Shown piece by piece: positions 36,670 through 49,700 of a DNA stretch of 64,000 nucleotides (its first letter is position 1; each line of letters opens with the position of its first letter). The notes under the pieces were generated by a model. It was not told the origin of the DNA and ran no database searches. It was given only the letters and a program-made list of their open reading frames with translations. The position numbers and the translations under genes were made by a program. Source of the stretch: Psammoneis japonica (lineage: Eukaryota); contig QPGO01000050.1 of the NCBI GenBank assembly GCA_008632985.1, positions 310,001 through 374,000 of the forward strand. The letters are read 5' to 3'.

Positions 36670-38139
36670 ATGAAGTGCTGGGTTCCTTTGGTTGCTCTCG
36701 CGACCAGCGCCTCAATCAAAAAGGCCTCCGGACTTGCTCTGCCAAGGGGAGGTGTCGGCAAGTTCGCGTTCCGGAAACAGCCAGTGTCATTGGTAGTACT
36801 AGGTGCCAACGGCGACATCCAGTCTGGATTCAACTACGAGGAAACCAGTGACTTCGATTATGGCTACACACAACGAAAATCAGATCTTAAGCCTTATGGT
36901 ACGTTTGTTCTCATTCATCTTTCTCACTGCTGGCCATGCATCAGTCACTCAAACCCACGTCTCCCTCTACTTGAAGATTCGTCTCTCAAAATGACAAGAG
37001 TACCCTACAAATGTACAAAGCCTCCTGGAGCTTCTGACATCATAAATCACATTCTCGAACAGTATCCAATTTCGCCTGAGGTAGAAGAAGCAGAACCATC
37101 GACTTCAAAACCACTCATCCCTTCTCATACGACTGTTCAAGCAGGGACCGCGATCATGAGGTACGTGACGTTGGGTTTTTGTGTTTCTAAATCTTTTTAC
37201 TTTGGTTTGCATTGCTAATTCTGACGAGTATCTTGTTGTCCTACCGTTAGACCTAGTAAAGGCCATGCCGCACAAGAAACGAGCAGGGACAAAAGCGAAG
37301 TCTCCAATGGCCAGAAGACCCTATCGAGTAGCAACCGAATTGTTCCAGCTCAAAACCATGCCACTGCAAATGACCCTGTGCCTCCATCAACGCAAGTTGA
37401 TATCGACGATGCAATAAGTGATGCGAGAAATAGAATACGATCGGAAATGATGGAGATTGAAGTCGAGCTTGGTCGCGCTGAAAAGGAGATGCTGTCAAAC
37501 CAAGAAGCAATCGAACATTTAAAAGCTGCAATGGATAGGCTTTATCAAAAGCAGGACGAGGTAGAAAATGATATTGCTTTGTTAGAACAAAGCTTATCGA
37601 GGAAACTTATGGAACTTAAGGAGATTGAGAGAGCGGTAGCACGTTCGAACGCCATGACACAAAGCAGAAATCAACAAAGTACTTCTATCAGAGACACCCC
37701 AAGTACATCCATTGCCATGGCGAATGAACCCATCGTAGCTGTATCGAGAGCGGATGAACCCACCATAGCTGTATCGAGAGCGGATGAACCATCTGACAGT
37801 AAGGAGCTCCAAAGTGAAGCATTGGAAGAGGAGTCGAGCGGTGAAGATACGCTCATTCTCGTGGACTACAGCGTTGAATCCTTGGATACTGTTGCGGATG
37901 ACCTCGTGCTGACTGACATTGATGCGCTTTGTGAGGTCAAGAGTAAGGCGTCTTGGGGGAGAATATTCAAGGCTATGAAGCAACGTGGTCTTGAGGAAAA
38001 TAAAGAATTCAAGTTGCACAATGGTGAGGACACAATGATACAAGTCGACACACGGGACATTGATATGCAAAAATGCCGGGAACGAGCGCAAAAGTATTTG
38101 AATATTCCCGGCACCCTCCCGCGCGCAAAAAGCGAATAA
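36670..38139 (+). CDS. Hypothetical multi-exon coiled-coil protein, possibly organelle targeted; exon boundaries approximate
   Basis: Signal-like N-terminus. gtacgt donors at ~36899 and ~37161. Terminal exon has a coiled coil and a 30-bp tandem repeat (ADEPTIAVSR) at ~37720-37790. Confidence 0.6.
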
Positions 38140-38761
38140 AGCAATACCTACCAGTTGGTCCAGGTTGTAGACGGGCGTGGATTATTGTGTCAGGCTTTCA
38201 TCTCCTTGTGTTAGTGTGATCGAATTTCGGGGGAATTCGGATGTCGAGGGGGAATCAATCAAGATAGTACGTTTGAGTCAATGCTCGTACTATTTTGGGG
38301 GGCAAATTCATTCAATAATGTGTGCAGTACTTCTTCCACGTACCCGGAAACAATCCTTCAACGGGAGTGGTGGCAACTGGTCCATTAGACTCGTGGTCGG
38401 ACGGAGTCTTGAGGAATGAGGCACACATTCTAAATATAGAGAAGATACTTAGTATTAACAACGCAACATTTCCAGAAGCATCAATGCCGCCGCGATAAAC
38501 CTTCCCTTTAGCGCTTTTGATAGGAATCTGGATCTCGTGATGACGTATAGGAGATGTGAAAGGCGCAGCAATCGGTAGGTACATCGAGCGTTTTTTGTGT
38601 TCAGAACCAAATCCGTTCGCTGTCAGCGGTTCCGTGATTCACATGAACCATGCTACCGGTATTTGTTATCAGTGGGAGTAATATATGCATCGATCAAATG
38701 TAGCTCTGCTCTTGTCGTCATAGCAAATCCAACAGTTTGACAGATCAATCTCGTCACGTCA

Positions 38762-39493
38762 TTACGCTTTGTCCAATTGCAGAGCATGATCAAGAAATTC
38801 CAGCACTTGTCCGACACGCAATGCCCGTGTTGGAAACAAATGCCCTTGATCGTGAATTTCCAGAACACCATTTCCACCGTGCTCACACAAGGCCCGGGTC
38901 CGCTCCACGGGTACCATGTCGTCTCGCTCTCCAGCAAAGTGAAATTTTGGAATACTTAAGCCCTGCTCGTATTGACTGTCACTTTGTGCAATTTCTCTAG
39001 CCACTTGAAATGCTTCCTTTGTGTATGGCGCACCCGACGTAACAATCGCACGAACCCCAGGCACAGTTCCACTCAAGGAAAGAGCTGTTGCCAAGGTCCC
39101 TCCTTGTGAAAAGCCGATAATGGCATCATAGTGCTCGCCATGCGTTTGTTGTTGAATGTAATCAAATGCCTCTCGAACATACAAGTGGCGACCGGTATCT
39201 TCGTCGCGTTTCCACCACGCACAAGAACATTGTGGTGCGTTGCTGGCGCTGTTTGACTCCAAGACAATCGGCCCGTCGATAAAGTGCAAGTCGTAGACAC
39301 GTTCGATTTTTCTTCGAGCTCCAGCAATTTTGTTGGAAAAGGTTGAAGCTGACTGCATGGCACCGTGTAAGCAAAGAATCCGCATCTTGTCGTTTGTTCG
39401 GGTTGCAGCCGCCGTCGAAGACAAGGCTTTGACGCTCATCATAAAGCGCAGCAACAAAAATACAGGAGCCAAGAGGGTCCTTGTCGGCAGCAT
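38762..39493 (-). CDS. FSH1/OVCA2-family serine hydrolase
   Basis: RILCLHG, GFSQG nucleophile motif, GERDDMVP, HDQGHLFP. Confidence 0.92.
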   Translation of the reverse strand: MLPTRTLLAPVFLLLRFMMSVKALSSTAAATRTNDKMRILCLHGAMQSASTFSNKIAGARRKIERVYDLHFIDGPIVLESNSASNAPQCSCAWWKRDEDTGRHLYVREAFDYIQQQTHGEHYDAIIGFSQGGTLATALSLSGTVPGVRAIVTSGAPYTKEAFQVAREIAQSDSQYEQGLSIPKFHFAGERDDMVPVERTRALCEHGGNGVLEIHDQGHLFPTRALRVGQVLEFLDHALQLDKA

Positions 39494-41344
39494 GGATTAG
39501 TACCGTATCAAATTCCAATCTCTTCACGTTAATGTCTCTCTGATTGAGGCAGCAGCATAGACTCATGATGAAGAGTGGAGCAGCAGCAGCAGGCCATGGC
39601 AGTCGCATTCAAAGTCAGATGCGTGTGAAAAATTTCAAAAATCCGGAGCTCGGCGGCAGTTTTTTTTTACGGCTACCGTAAAGCGTACGTAGGAATTAGT
39701 AACAATTTTGACAGTACCGAGTTCCCACGAATGTTCTACATACGGAATCATGGCAACAATTCAACACAAATACACAAAAGTGATAGTGTTGAGAAATTTA
39801 GCAACGGTCACGACCCACCAAAATCTCTCGGAAAGCGCTCGATTTTCGCTCACAACTCGTCGTCTCGCACGATGTGTTTGTTGTTCGCCAAGCAACGAAT
39901 GCCACGATCGCCGAGGATGGCTCACCCTTCCCCTGGAATAGAAAGCTTGCTCTTGTTTGGCGTTCCACAGCTCGTTTTGCTTGCTGACGTGTTGTCGCTA
40001 GGTGGCGTAGGTGTTGCCAGTTACGTCCGGAGGTCGGGGCAAATCGAATGCGTGTCTCGAGCCTTGAGTCCATGTTACTCCTTTCCATCAGCTGTCCCGA
40101 ATTACCAACCAGTAAAGCCCCGTCGACTGACCATTCCACTCGGCCAGCTGATGTGATGACCAACCCTTCGACGGAGCCCTCGGCATTTCCCTCTGCAGCA
40201 CCACGTGCAGCTTACGTGCTATCAAAAGCACCATCAGCAGAACCAAGCAATATTATTTGGAAGCACTTCGTGCTGTGACGATGAACGTGAACGATGCATT
40301 GTAAGATGTACAAGGAAAGAAAAGAGGATCAAACCAAAGATGCACTTCGATGGGATGCACCATTGCTAGGAGCCACTGGACCGAACCATTTCTTTCCTTA
40401 TCATTTTGCGACATCTGTTCTCGTAAGTTGTTTTCCGGCTGCACTTTTCCCACTCCATCCCCGTCACCTGAAGATATATACAAGCTTGAGCTCCATCTTC
40501 TGATGGCACTTTTGAGGCAATTTGATCCTACGCAACCGTTTTAATAGCCACTTTTGACATTGGCGTGTTTCAATTTTTTGAAACATGCTTTGAACCTTTA
40601 CGAAAGAGGTAGACATACTAAAAGTACAGCATAGCAATCTTTATTGGCGTGTTATTCATTCCGTACGTACGTCAATGGACTACGATGACGGCCGTAGCGC
40701 TTGTGATGTCATTGCATACTTTGATGTAATGGTTTCTGTTTTCGTACCACACTGCTCTTTCTCTTTCTGGTGGGGTCCATGCTGGGGTATTCGTTACAGT
40801 ATTCCCCAAGGCTTGTCATCGATGTGTGCTAGACTATTTTGGCTCTGATCGCCTGCATATTTTATGGATTCGTCGCGGTTACTTGTTGTTAGGGAGTTTC
40901 AAGTGTTCTGCCGAAATAGCGGAGCACTAGAGAGTAGAAGAACGCCGACGACAAGGCCTCTGGGGGTTTATCCGAGCCATCTCAATTCTAAATTAGCTAG
41001 CTACAATGCCTCTAGAGAGAAAAGAAAGATTCGAATTTTGTGAGTTTTTTATTTCTCTGACGGTACCAAGCTCCGTTTATCCTTTTTCTGAGGTGAATAA
41101 TCACCTGGGTCTCTCCAAACGGAGTTCTCGAGCTTGTCTTTGAAGTTGGCATTGAGCGTGTCAATCGATGCACACGTCAAGGTCGAGTAGAGGCTGTGAG
41201 GCGAATCGAATTGACGGCTATGTTGAATATATTTGGCTTGTTGCGTCGCAATCTTTCCTCCCGCTTTTCTTAATTCCTCAGCAAAAGCTCTTCTGAACCA
41301 CTCTTTCGGCTACTCATAGAGTTGCTACGAGAGCGGCAGCCGGC

Positions 41345-43000
41345 ACTGCTCATGTCCAGGTACCTTGAACACCGGTGCCGCCCAATACAGTCCAATGCAA
41401 CAACGTTCTGACTACATCTGTAAAGAAGTGGCTAGACGCATGTCCAACGAAGAGTGGCCACCAAAAAGGCCTTCCAACTATGCCAGTGTCCAAGCTAAGG
41501 CCGGCAACGATGTTTTTGCAAAGTTGTGAAGCAGTACAGCCAACGCTGAACCTTGCTTCAATCGCAGCCGCATCTTGAGAATCAACCAAACAATAGCCAA
41601 AGGCAATGAGATAAGCGGTTGGTTCCCTTTTTGTCCAAGTACAGGAAGCGGTGTTCTGCCCTTGTCGATGAGGGTCTGAATCTGGGCTTCTCCCCAAAAA
41701 GAGTACATGCGGGACAAACACACTCGTAACGCCAGTGAAGAAACCGGCCAGTATCCCAGAAACGGCAGCTCGAGCTGGTTGATGCCGAATGCCACACATT
41801 CGTAATAGTCTGCTAGACGTGTTCATATCCTTTCCGAGAGACTCAAGCTCTTGTTCCCAGCCCTTTGAGTAATAACCGAGCTCGAAAGTATCAACGGCGT
41901 GCCTCCGTCGTCAGCCTCTTTCATGTTGCGAAAGGATTCTCGAGCCCAGTGTTTCCATTCTCAACGTCTCCAACAACATTTATCTTTTCGCTTTCCCCCC
42001 GACCTCCTCGTGCTCGATCTCGCAGTCATGTGTGACATTAAACCAATCATGCACCGTGATTTTGGGTTTCGTGATGGCATCGCAGTAAATCACTCCAACA
42101 ACAGTGCCGACAACGCCGTAAACCATGGCATTGTAATATATATGGCTGGGCAACGCCGTGGCAAGAAATGGATAGTTGTAGCACCGGTAGCCGTTGACAA
42201 CATTCCTCAGAATCATGCGGTTCACCAAAACGGCGACAATAGACGCAACAGTGGCAGGTGGAAGCGCTTCAATGTACTGCAAGCCCATTTGATGGGGTAC
42301 TTCCAGCACAAAGAGTGCTCCCCGAAATGGGAAATCCGAAGAAGCCAGCTACTGCCGCCAACAACGCAGACGTCAAGTTCATGGCTCTTGCAACTGACTG
42401 TCGCTTCATGACGCCCAAGTAGGAGCCAGTCATGCCACCAGTCAAAACAAGGGGAAGATCGGGTCCCAAGGATAGACCAGACACCATTCCGGCAGTCGGC
42501 AGAACAAGAGATTGACAAAGGTATCAGAGTCATGAACTCCCTTAGACGGCAGCGATTTGATCCATTCATTTGCCCCGGAATAGGTTTCGGTGAAAATACG
42601 AAGATGTAAGACAGAATCTACAACGCGATGCCAGCAGAGAGTAGAAGTAGTCGGTTAGATGCGCCAAGCCAAATAGACAGAATAACAACCCACCGATGCA
42701 AAGCAAGACTTACCCCGCCTCCCGCCAAGGATTCATGTGCAAAGCCAAACGTAGTGCGGAAGACGGAAATGCCCATCCAAAGTCGGCAAAGAATCCCATC
42801 GTGTACCGGTACAGCTGCTCAGATGTCGTCGTGGGCCAACACTGACTTTTTTGAGTGCTTGAATCCGTAGCATTTCCAATCTTGTCTTTTGTGATTAACT
42901 GCCACATGGCGACTCTCGAGATGAATTCGACGACGCAAGTAGCATAGCGATTCGCAGACTTGAAACATGATAACGCCTACCTGTATTCATTCCTGTTGCA
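41345..43000 (-). pseudogene. CLC voltage-gated chloride channel family relic (stops and frameshifts)
   Basis: SLGPDLPLVLTGGMTGS, VAGFFGFPISG, LEVPHQMGLQYIEAL, FWGEAQIQTLIDKG, spread over different frames. Confidence 0.8.
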
Positions 43001-43640
43001 AGGTCAGTTGAAAAGATTTGACATGTCGCCAATATAATCGGGATTATTTGCTTGGAAGGTGTTGGCATTGGCTCTGTGTGGATGCCGGAGTTATTCACAG
43101 GAGAGCTCAGAGCTGAAGAGTTTGATGTTTGATTTCTCTTTTTGCCCGTCATCGTGAATTGCTGATACGCCAGGTTGTCCATAATGCTATCACTAATCAT
43201 CTTGATATGAATGATGCTCAAATTCTAATTGCTACTGCTATTGTCGCCGCTGCTGTCGCGCTTGCTCTTGTAATAATCGCGTTGTAGCTTTTCTTTAGAG
43301 GCGACAATCGCTTCAGGTTTCTCGTGAGAAAACAAATCGTGTCCTCGCTTCTCACTCTTTCCGTTCACAGGAATGGCACAAAGGCCAAGAAATATGCTAG
43401 ACGCCACAAATACTTGTGTGCGAGGTCCTCCCGGAAATCTTCTTGACTGCGCAGAAAGTAGATGAATGAGAGAATGGTGAGACGGACGAAAGAAGATAGA
43501 GCAGCGTCTCACAATCCTTCCAAGCAAAATAACTTACTCAATGCTTCAAGCCCCATATGTATCGGTTGCGTTGGTTGGTTGCTGTTTTAGGTAACAGCAT
43601 ACAGCATTGGGAGCGGGTGTGTTTTGTGGTTTGGTCATGG

Positions 43641-43684
43641 TACCGTATCAGGGACATAAATATATTTATGTCCCTGTACCGTAT
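43641..43684. mobile_element. 28-bp perfect palindrome flanked by 8-bp direct repeats (hAT-like micro-element or footprint)
   Basis: taccgtat-CAGGGACATAAATA|TATTTATGTCCCTG-taccgtat. Confidence 0.75.
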
Positions 43685-43719
43685 GTACCAATGGTGAACC
43701 TCCTCCATTCGTCTGTCTG

Positions 43720-46700
43720 CGCTGCCTGTGCACGCTAATCACGCGCAAGGCGCCAGCCTTCAGCTCTCCACCCGGAAAACCCCCCATCTTCCGAGCAAAC
43801 CCTCAGCACCACACCCTGCTTTCAACGCACGAGGAGTTTGGTTCTGCCACTTGTTTTCTCCAAAAACTTATGACAAGCAAAGTCATTTGTCACAGATTTG
43901 GCACAAATTCTTCATGTCAGCACAAAGTGCACAGACCGTGGTCAGCCAAGAACTCGTCGCTCAGATCACACCCCGGGAAAAGAAAGTGGCCGGAGCAAAT
44001 TCCTTGCATGTCAAAAGGGGTCAAGCAATGGGGGTTTGTTCAGATGACAGGGTTTGAGTGGGAGATGTGATCATTGAGACATGTCCCTCTGCCAAATTGT
44101 TTGGTGGCTGTGCCCCAGAAAGTTGGCCATGGCACTGCTGCTGCTCGCAATGCAGGGCTTTGATGCCCATTCTCAACATGAAGAGCCCATCACATTTGGC
44201 TTGATCTGGCACTCACACATGGACAAACTGGTGCCATCTTCCTGCTGAGGATGTTTCCTGGCACTTGTCTAAGAGGATGGGATGAGCGAGCCTTGCAGGC
44301 AAAGATGGGTTGCCCTCGCTGTCCTGATGCTGCTCACTCACTGCACTGACAAAGCTGCACACTTCAAAGCGCAGCTTTTGCCATTTGTCTGCCAGCCATG
44401 CTCTGCCATCATCACATGCAGGGCTGCCACAAATGGTGTGAGGCAATGATGTTGCTCAAGGCACGTGGATTGAAGTGTTTGTGTTTTTTCTTTTTTTCAC
44501 AGTCTGGCAGAAGAACCTGTTTTGTTGGTGCTTTGGACAAGCATGACTTGGCATGTTGGCATCAGCCACTCTTTCCCACCAGCCACAAACTGAGATGCCT
44601 CCATGGTCACCTTCTTCTCTTGACTTCTGTGAGCACTTGCAGCTGCACTCAGCAAAACATGCCATTGGGTTGGCTTTTGCTGGCAAATCTTTTTGTTGTG
44701 TTGCAAAATGACTGGCCTGCCATTCTGTTTGTGCCAAATAGAATGTTCTTGGGGAGATGAGCTTGTGCCAATGTCCACATCACACAATGCTTGGAAAACC
44801 CCTGCTCTGACACAACCACTGATTTTGTGTCTTCAGTTGTGAGCCTCTCCAAGATGCCCATGGATTTTTTGTCCACATCTGTCTTGAGTTTAATCTGGAC
44901 CAGCTGCAGCTGGGAATGTGGTCTGTGGTGATTTGTCTTTTGTCCAGGAGCCAAGATTGTCTGAAGTGTTAGCCCACCCCTCAGATTCTGTGCAAGTTGT
45001 CAACAAGCACACCCAACAAGCACACCCAACAAGCAGATGAGCAACCCCTGCTTTTTGCTGACTCTGCTGAAATCTGAGATTGGCCACTTTTGACCTCAAA
45101 TCCCTGGGAAATGATTGGTGCATGGCACCAGAGATGTGCACATCACATCATCAGATAACACAGCACTCTTGCCAACATGCCAAAGTTGCCAGAAATGGCT
45201 CACCTGGGCACTGTGGGTCTCTCAGATGAGAAGTTGCAGGAGATCCTTGGAGTGTTGTGTCAGCAAGTGGGGTCTGATGCCTGGCAAGAAATCTTGGTGC
45301 ATTTTTTGACCAGAGGCAGATTCTTTTTCATGAGCCCCATCTTGGTCATCTGGTGTGCAGCCATTTTTCACAGTGATTGAGCAGCGCTGTTTCAACCTCC
45401 TCTTTGTCTGGGTTTTGTTTGTCAGTGCCTGTCAGAACATTTTTGGGGCCAGAGGCAGTTTGTCAGGATAGACAAACAATGCTGCAGTGCAAGACACACT
45501 GATGATTGTGGACAATGTGGTGAATTTGCACTCACAACTTGGGTTGTGTTGTGGCTCTGGTTTGGTTCTCACTTTTTGGCTTCTGCACCTGGTTTGCATG
45601 GCAATGGTGGTCAATGGCAATGGGAACATGTTTGCAAACCACAAGGGGAGCTCAGGGTTGGTGAGACCATGTGAACATGCCAGTGGATGAGCCACAAAAC
45701 TCCAACAGCTGCAGAAGCCAAAAGGTCACTGCACAAGACACTGGATGACCTGTCATCAAACCAAGTTCTCACCTCAACAAGTCACAGATTTCAGTCCCAA
45801 GAAGTGCAAACATGAAGTCAAGACTCAATGGTTGGCATGGGAGAAATTTTCATTCCCATGAATGAAGATTCCCCAGCAACCTGACAGTGCCACAGCAGTT
45901 GACACAGGGCAGGCTTGGGAAATTTAAAGACTGAAGCCCAACTCCAAGGCTGCAATGCACAACACAGATGGTCACAGCATTGTCAACAATGTTCAACATC
46001 AACAGTTGACTTTGGTGCACAAAATTGAATTCACCAAGTGCAACATTTGCAGCCAAATGATGACAAAGCCTGGTTCCATCTCTGTCCACTGGGGGTCTGA
46101 CAATTTCATGCACAAATGCATGAAAGACTCTGACTCACAGGACCAAGTGTGACAGTTGGCAAGCCAAAATGCTCCAATGTTGGTCTGGAAAATGTGGGCA
46201 AGGACACAGCTGAGCACAGGAGCACACAGGATTTAAAAAAGTGGGTGCACAACACCGTTGCCAAGTTGGGGTGAAAGGCAGATGTTTGCATGGAAGCCAC
46301 AAAGAAGATTGGCCGCGAGCATGTTGGGACAATGTTTGGGCAGGAGATGCAGGTGCTGGTGTGTCTCTGAGGCAGGAGAGCATGCCAAGAAAAGAGCTGG
46401 AGCATCCATCAGGAGACACTGCACATCAGGAAGGACAAAGAAATCTGGGACAAGCAATGCAGTCAATCATGATGTGAAACAGAGTGAAATCTGCAAGATG
46501 CAGAAGGCAAGGCACTGAGCACAATTGTGGAACACAATGTGCAAAGGCCACTCATCACAAGATGATCATCAAAGGAGTGATGGAGTTCATGAGAGTCATG
46601 AAGGAGTGGAGCATGGTGGTGTTGTTGGAAATTCTCAAGTTGATCTTGTTTGATGAAAATGAGAAGATGTGCTTGCCAGAGGTGCACAAAGCATCTGTTG

Positions 46701-49700
46701 TCATCTGCACATGCACATTTGCACACTCATCATGCACACAAATGAAAAATGATGAGATGGTTGTTTGTCACCAGCCAGCAAGTTGATTGTGTGCATCAGG
46801 CAACAACATGCAATTCATGCACCACCTCTGGAACTCACATGTTCAGGTGGTCAGAGCTTGGAAACAGCTGGCACTCATTTGTCAAGACAAAGGAGAGGTG
46901 CACTTCAAGATTCTTGTTGTCACAACTGGCTGATGACACCTTCTGGAACAAGGAAAAAGACAAATTGTCAGCAGCAATGCTGATGGAAGGCAAAAAGGAA
47001 TGTCGGCAATGGGAGATGACAATTGCCCCAATTTGGCTGAGGAGGCACTGCAGGGATTGGACACGTGTGAAGCCAACAAGAAGCCCAAGGGCACAAGCTT
47101 TGTGCCAAATGAGAAAAAGCAGCTCAAGCACTGGGAATGCAATGAGGTTGGGCATGTGAAAATGGATTGCCCTGACATGATCATTTGTCAGCGGTGCAGA
47201 GTTGGATGATGTGGGCCAGCCCACAGCAATCAGCAGAGCAGTCAAAGTGGTGTTGGATGACATGGCTCCCAAGTGTCATCCTCCCATGCTTGATGCACAT
47301 GAGGCCAATCAATTGACAGCTCATGTGAAGGAGTGTGTTGAAACATTGGGGTTGGAGGCAGTTTTTGCAGGACAGACAGACAATTTTGCAGTGTAAGATG
47401 CACCAACAATTTTGGACAATGTGGTGAATTTGCACTCACAACTTGGGTTGGGTTGTGGGTCTGGTGTTCACTTTTTAGCTTCTGCACCCAGTTGACACCG
47501 GCAACAGTGGTTGGCAGCAATGGGAGCATGTTTGCAAACCACACGGTGAGTTTGTGGGGTGGTGAGACCAAAGCAACACATGCCAGTCGGCAAGCCACGA
47601 ACTCCAACAGTGCCATCTTCTTGCTGTTTCTCCAACAGCTCAGTTGCAATGAGGTGTGTTGAGGAGTCTCCAACATCTGGTTGATCATTTGCCATCTTCT
47701 GCAGTTTTTGTGACCAAGTCATTTTGCTGCACATTTGGCAAGGTCCTCCAGCCAAGCTGAGCAAGAGCAGCAGCCAGCGTTGCTCTGGTCTCTCAGAGGT
47801 GTCTTCAATGCTGAGTGCAGATGGCCCCAGCTTCCAGCTTGCTCCTGCATGGTTCTTGGCATGCTGCAGCCATGAGTTGTCTAGAGTGCAGCATGCCAAC
47901 TTTTTGTTGGAACCTTGTTCAAGCCCATCATTCCCAACACCCATGAGATTGTTGCCTTTGGTCTTTGCTCAGTGTCTGGCTCATGCTGTTGCCGTGCAAG
48001 GAGTGCTTGTTGTGAGTGTTGCATGCTGCAGAAATGCTGAGGTTGGAAAGTTCCTTTCAGCTGCTGAAACAAAGAGCTTGGGGGCGGTGCTGTTTGTGTT
48101 CAGCCATTCTCCAAAACTGACCAGTTTGGTCTGTGCAAAGTGCCCAATGTGTTTGTTCTGGTCTGCTCTGAAAACACTTTTGTTCTTGTGATCCTCATCT
48201 TTTCTGGAAATCTGTTGACCTTCTGGAGCACAGCTTGGAGAATTGAGCAAGGTTTGTCAATGGCTTGGGGGGGGGGGGGTGTAAACAGCTTGGGGGGGCA
48301 CAGTCTTTGTGAAATTTGGCATTGCTGCTGTGGACCAGCAAGATGACCCCTGTTCTTTGTCTTCCTCAGTGGTTGCCTCTCTGCTCTGAGAGACCATGCA
48401 GTTGCCTGCTGCAGCTCCTCTCTGCATGGGCCACTTGCCCTCACCCCTGCCAAGTCCTGCAGCTGAACAGCTTGAGCAGACTCAACGCTGTTTTGTGGAT
48501 GGGGGTTGCAACTCTCCACTCTCCTCCCTGCACAACATGGCAACAGTGCTGGAAACAATCTGCCTTTCGCTGAGGTCTCATTGCCATCATTTGTTCTGTG
48601 CCCTGGATGGGCACATTGTTTGTCAAATGTCATGGCATCATTGTTGGCTGTTTTGTTGTTGGGGGGAAGTTGGCTTGACATTCTCATGATCTTGCATCTC
48701 CTTGTTGCTGAGACAAAGGGCTGAAACTTGCTGTCTTTGGAAGGTTCTTCAGAGCCACTGGAGCTCCAAGAGGTGGGCAAGTTGGAAGAGGCACACTGGA
48801 AGAGCTGCAAGAGAAGCTTGGAGCAGATTGTGTGGAGCAAGACTTTTTGCCACATGCTGCTTTCTCCTGCATTGCCTGCCCTGGCCACAGCCTTGACATT
48901 CTTTTCTTCTTCTTGGGACTGTTTTCTTTCATTTTTTTGTTTTCCAGAAAATCATGGTGTCAGCCAGAGTGTTCACAACAATGAGTTGTTCTGTGAGCCA
49001 ATCATTGGATGACTTGTTGTGTTGTCCTGAGACACATCATGGTCACCCTGCCACCCCCATTGTCAAGAACCTCAAACACAATGTTTTTGGTTGCCACTCG
49101 CCTTGTTTGGCCAGAAGAGAAATTGCTGAGTGAGCTGACATTCATTGTCATCAGGCTGGGCATGGGTGGCCACCATCTTCTTTGCCTTGGCAGCATTCTT
49201 GGGATGAGTTTTGAGCTTGTCAACAATGCCCACTGCGTCGCTGCTGCTGTTTTGATGTTTTTCATTCATGTCTCAGCAGTCTGCACTGTTTTTTTGTTTT
49301 CAAGACCTTTTGAACTCCTTGCCATTGTGCTGCTTTGGATCAGATGTTTTTTGTTTGTTTTTTCTGAAGAGAGCATCAATCTTGCCTTGGGTGTCTGTCT
49401 TCTTGTGAGTGCCCTCCTGTGTGTTTGGCATTGCAGAGGGAGGCTCTGGGTGCTTTTCATGTCTGTCATGCGGCAAAAATTGGTGCTGGTGCTGTGTGAC
49501 AGTGTGGGGCTGCCAGCACCTCTTTCACACACTGATGCATCACATGCATGATGCTGGAAAAGTTTTTTGCTGATCCTCCACCCCACAGCATTTCTTTTTC
49601 ATCAGTTTTGTGTTGGACATGTCACCATTTGGTGTCACACCGTGCTCTCTTGTCCTCTGTTTGAGCTTTTCTGCTGTGCAGCACCACTTGTGACTGGAAG

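Noticed and set aside
48266..48279. Poly-G run (and poly-C at ~54762-54778) as functional G-quadruplex elements
   Set aside because: Single homopolymers in decayed TE DNA with unreliable length
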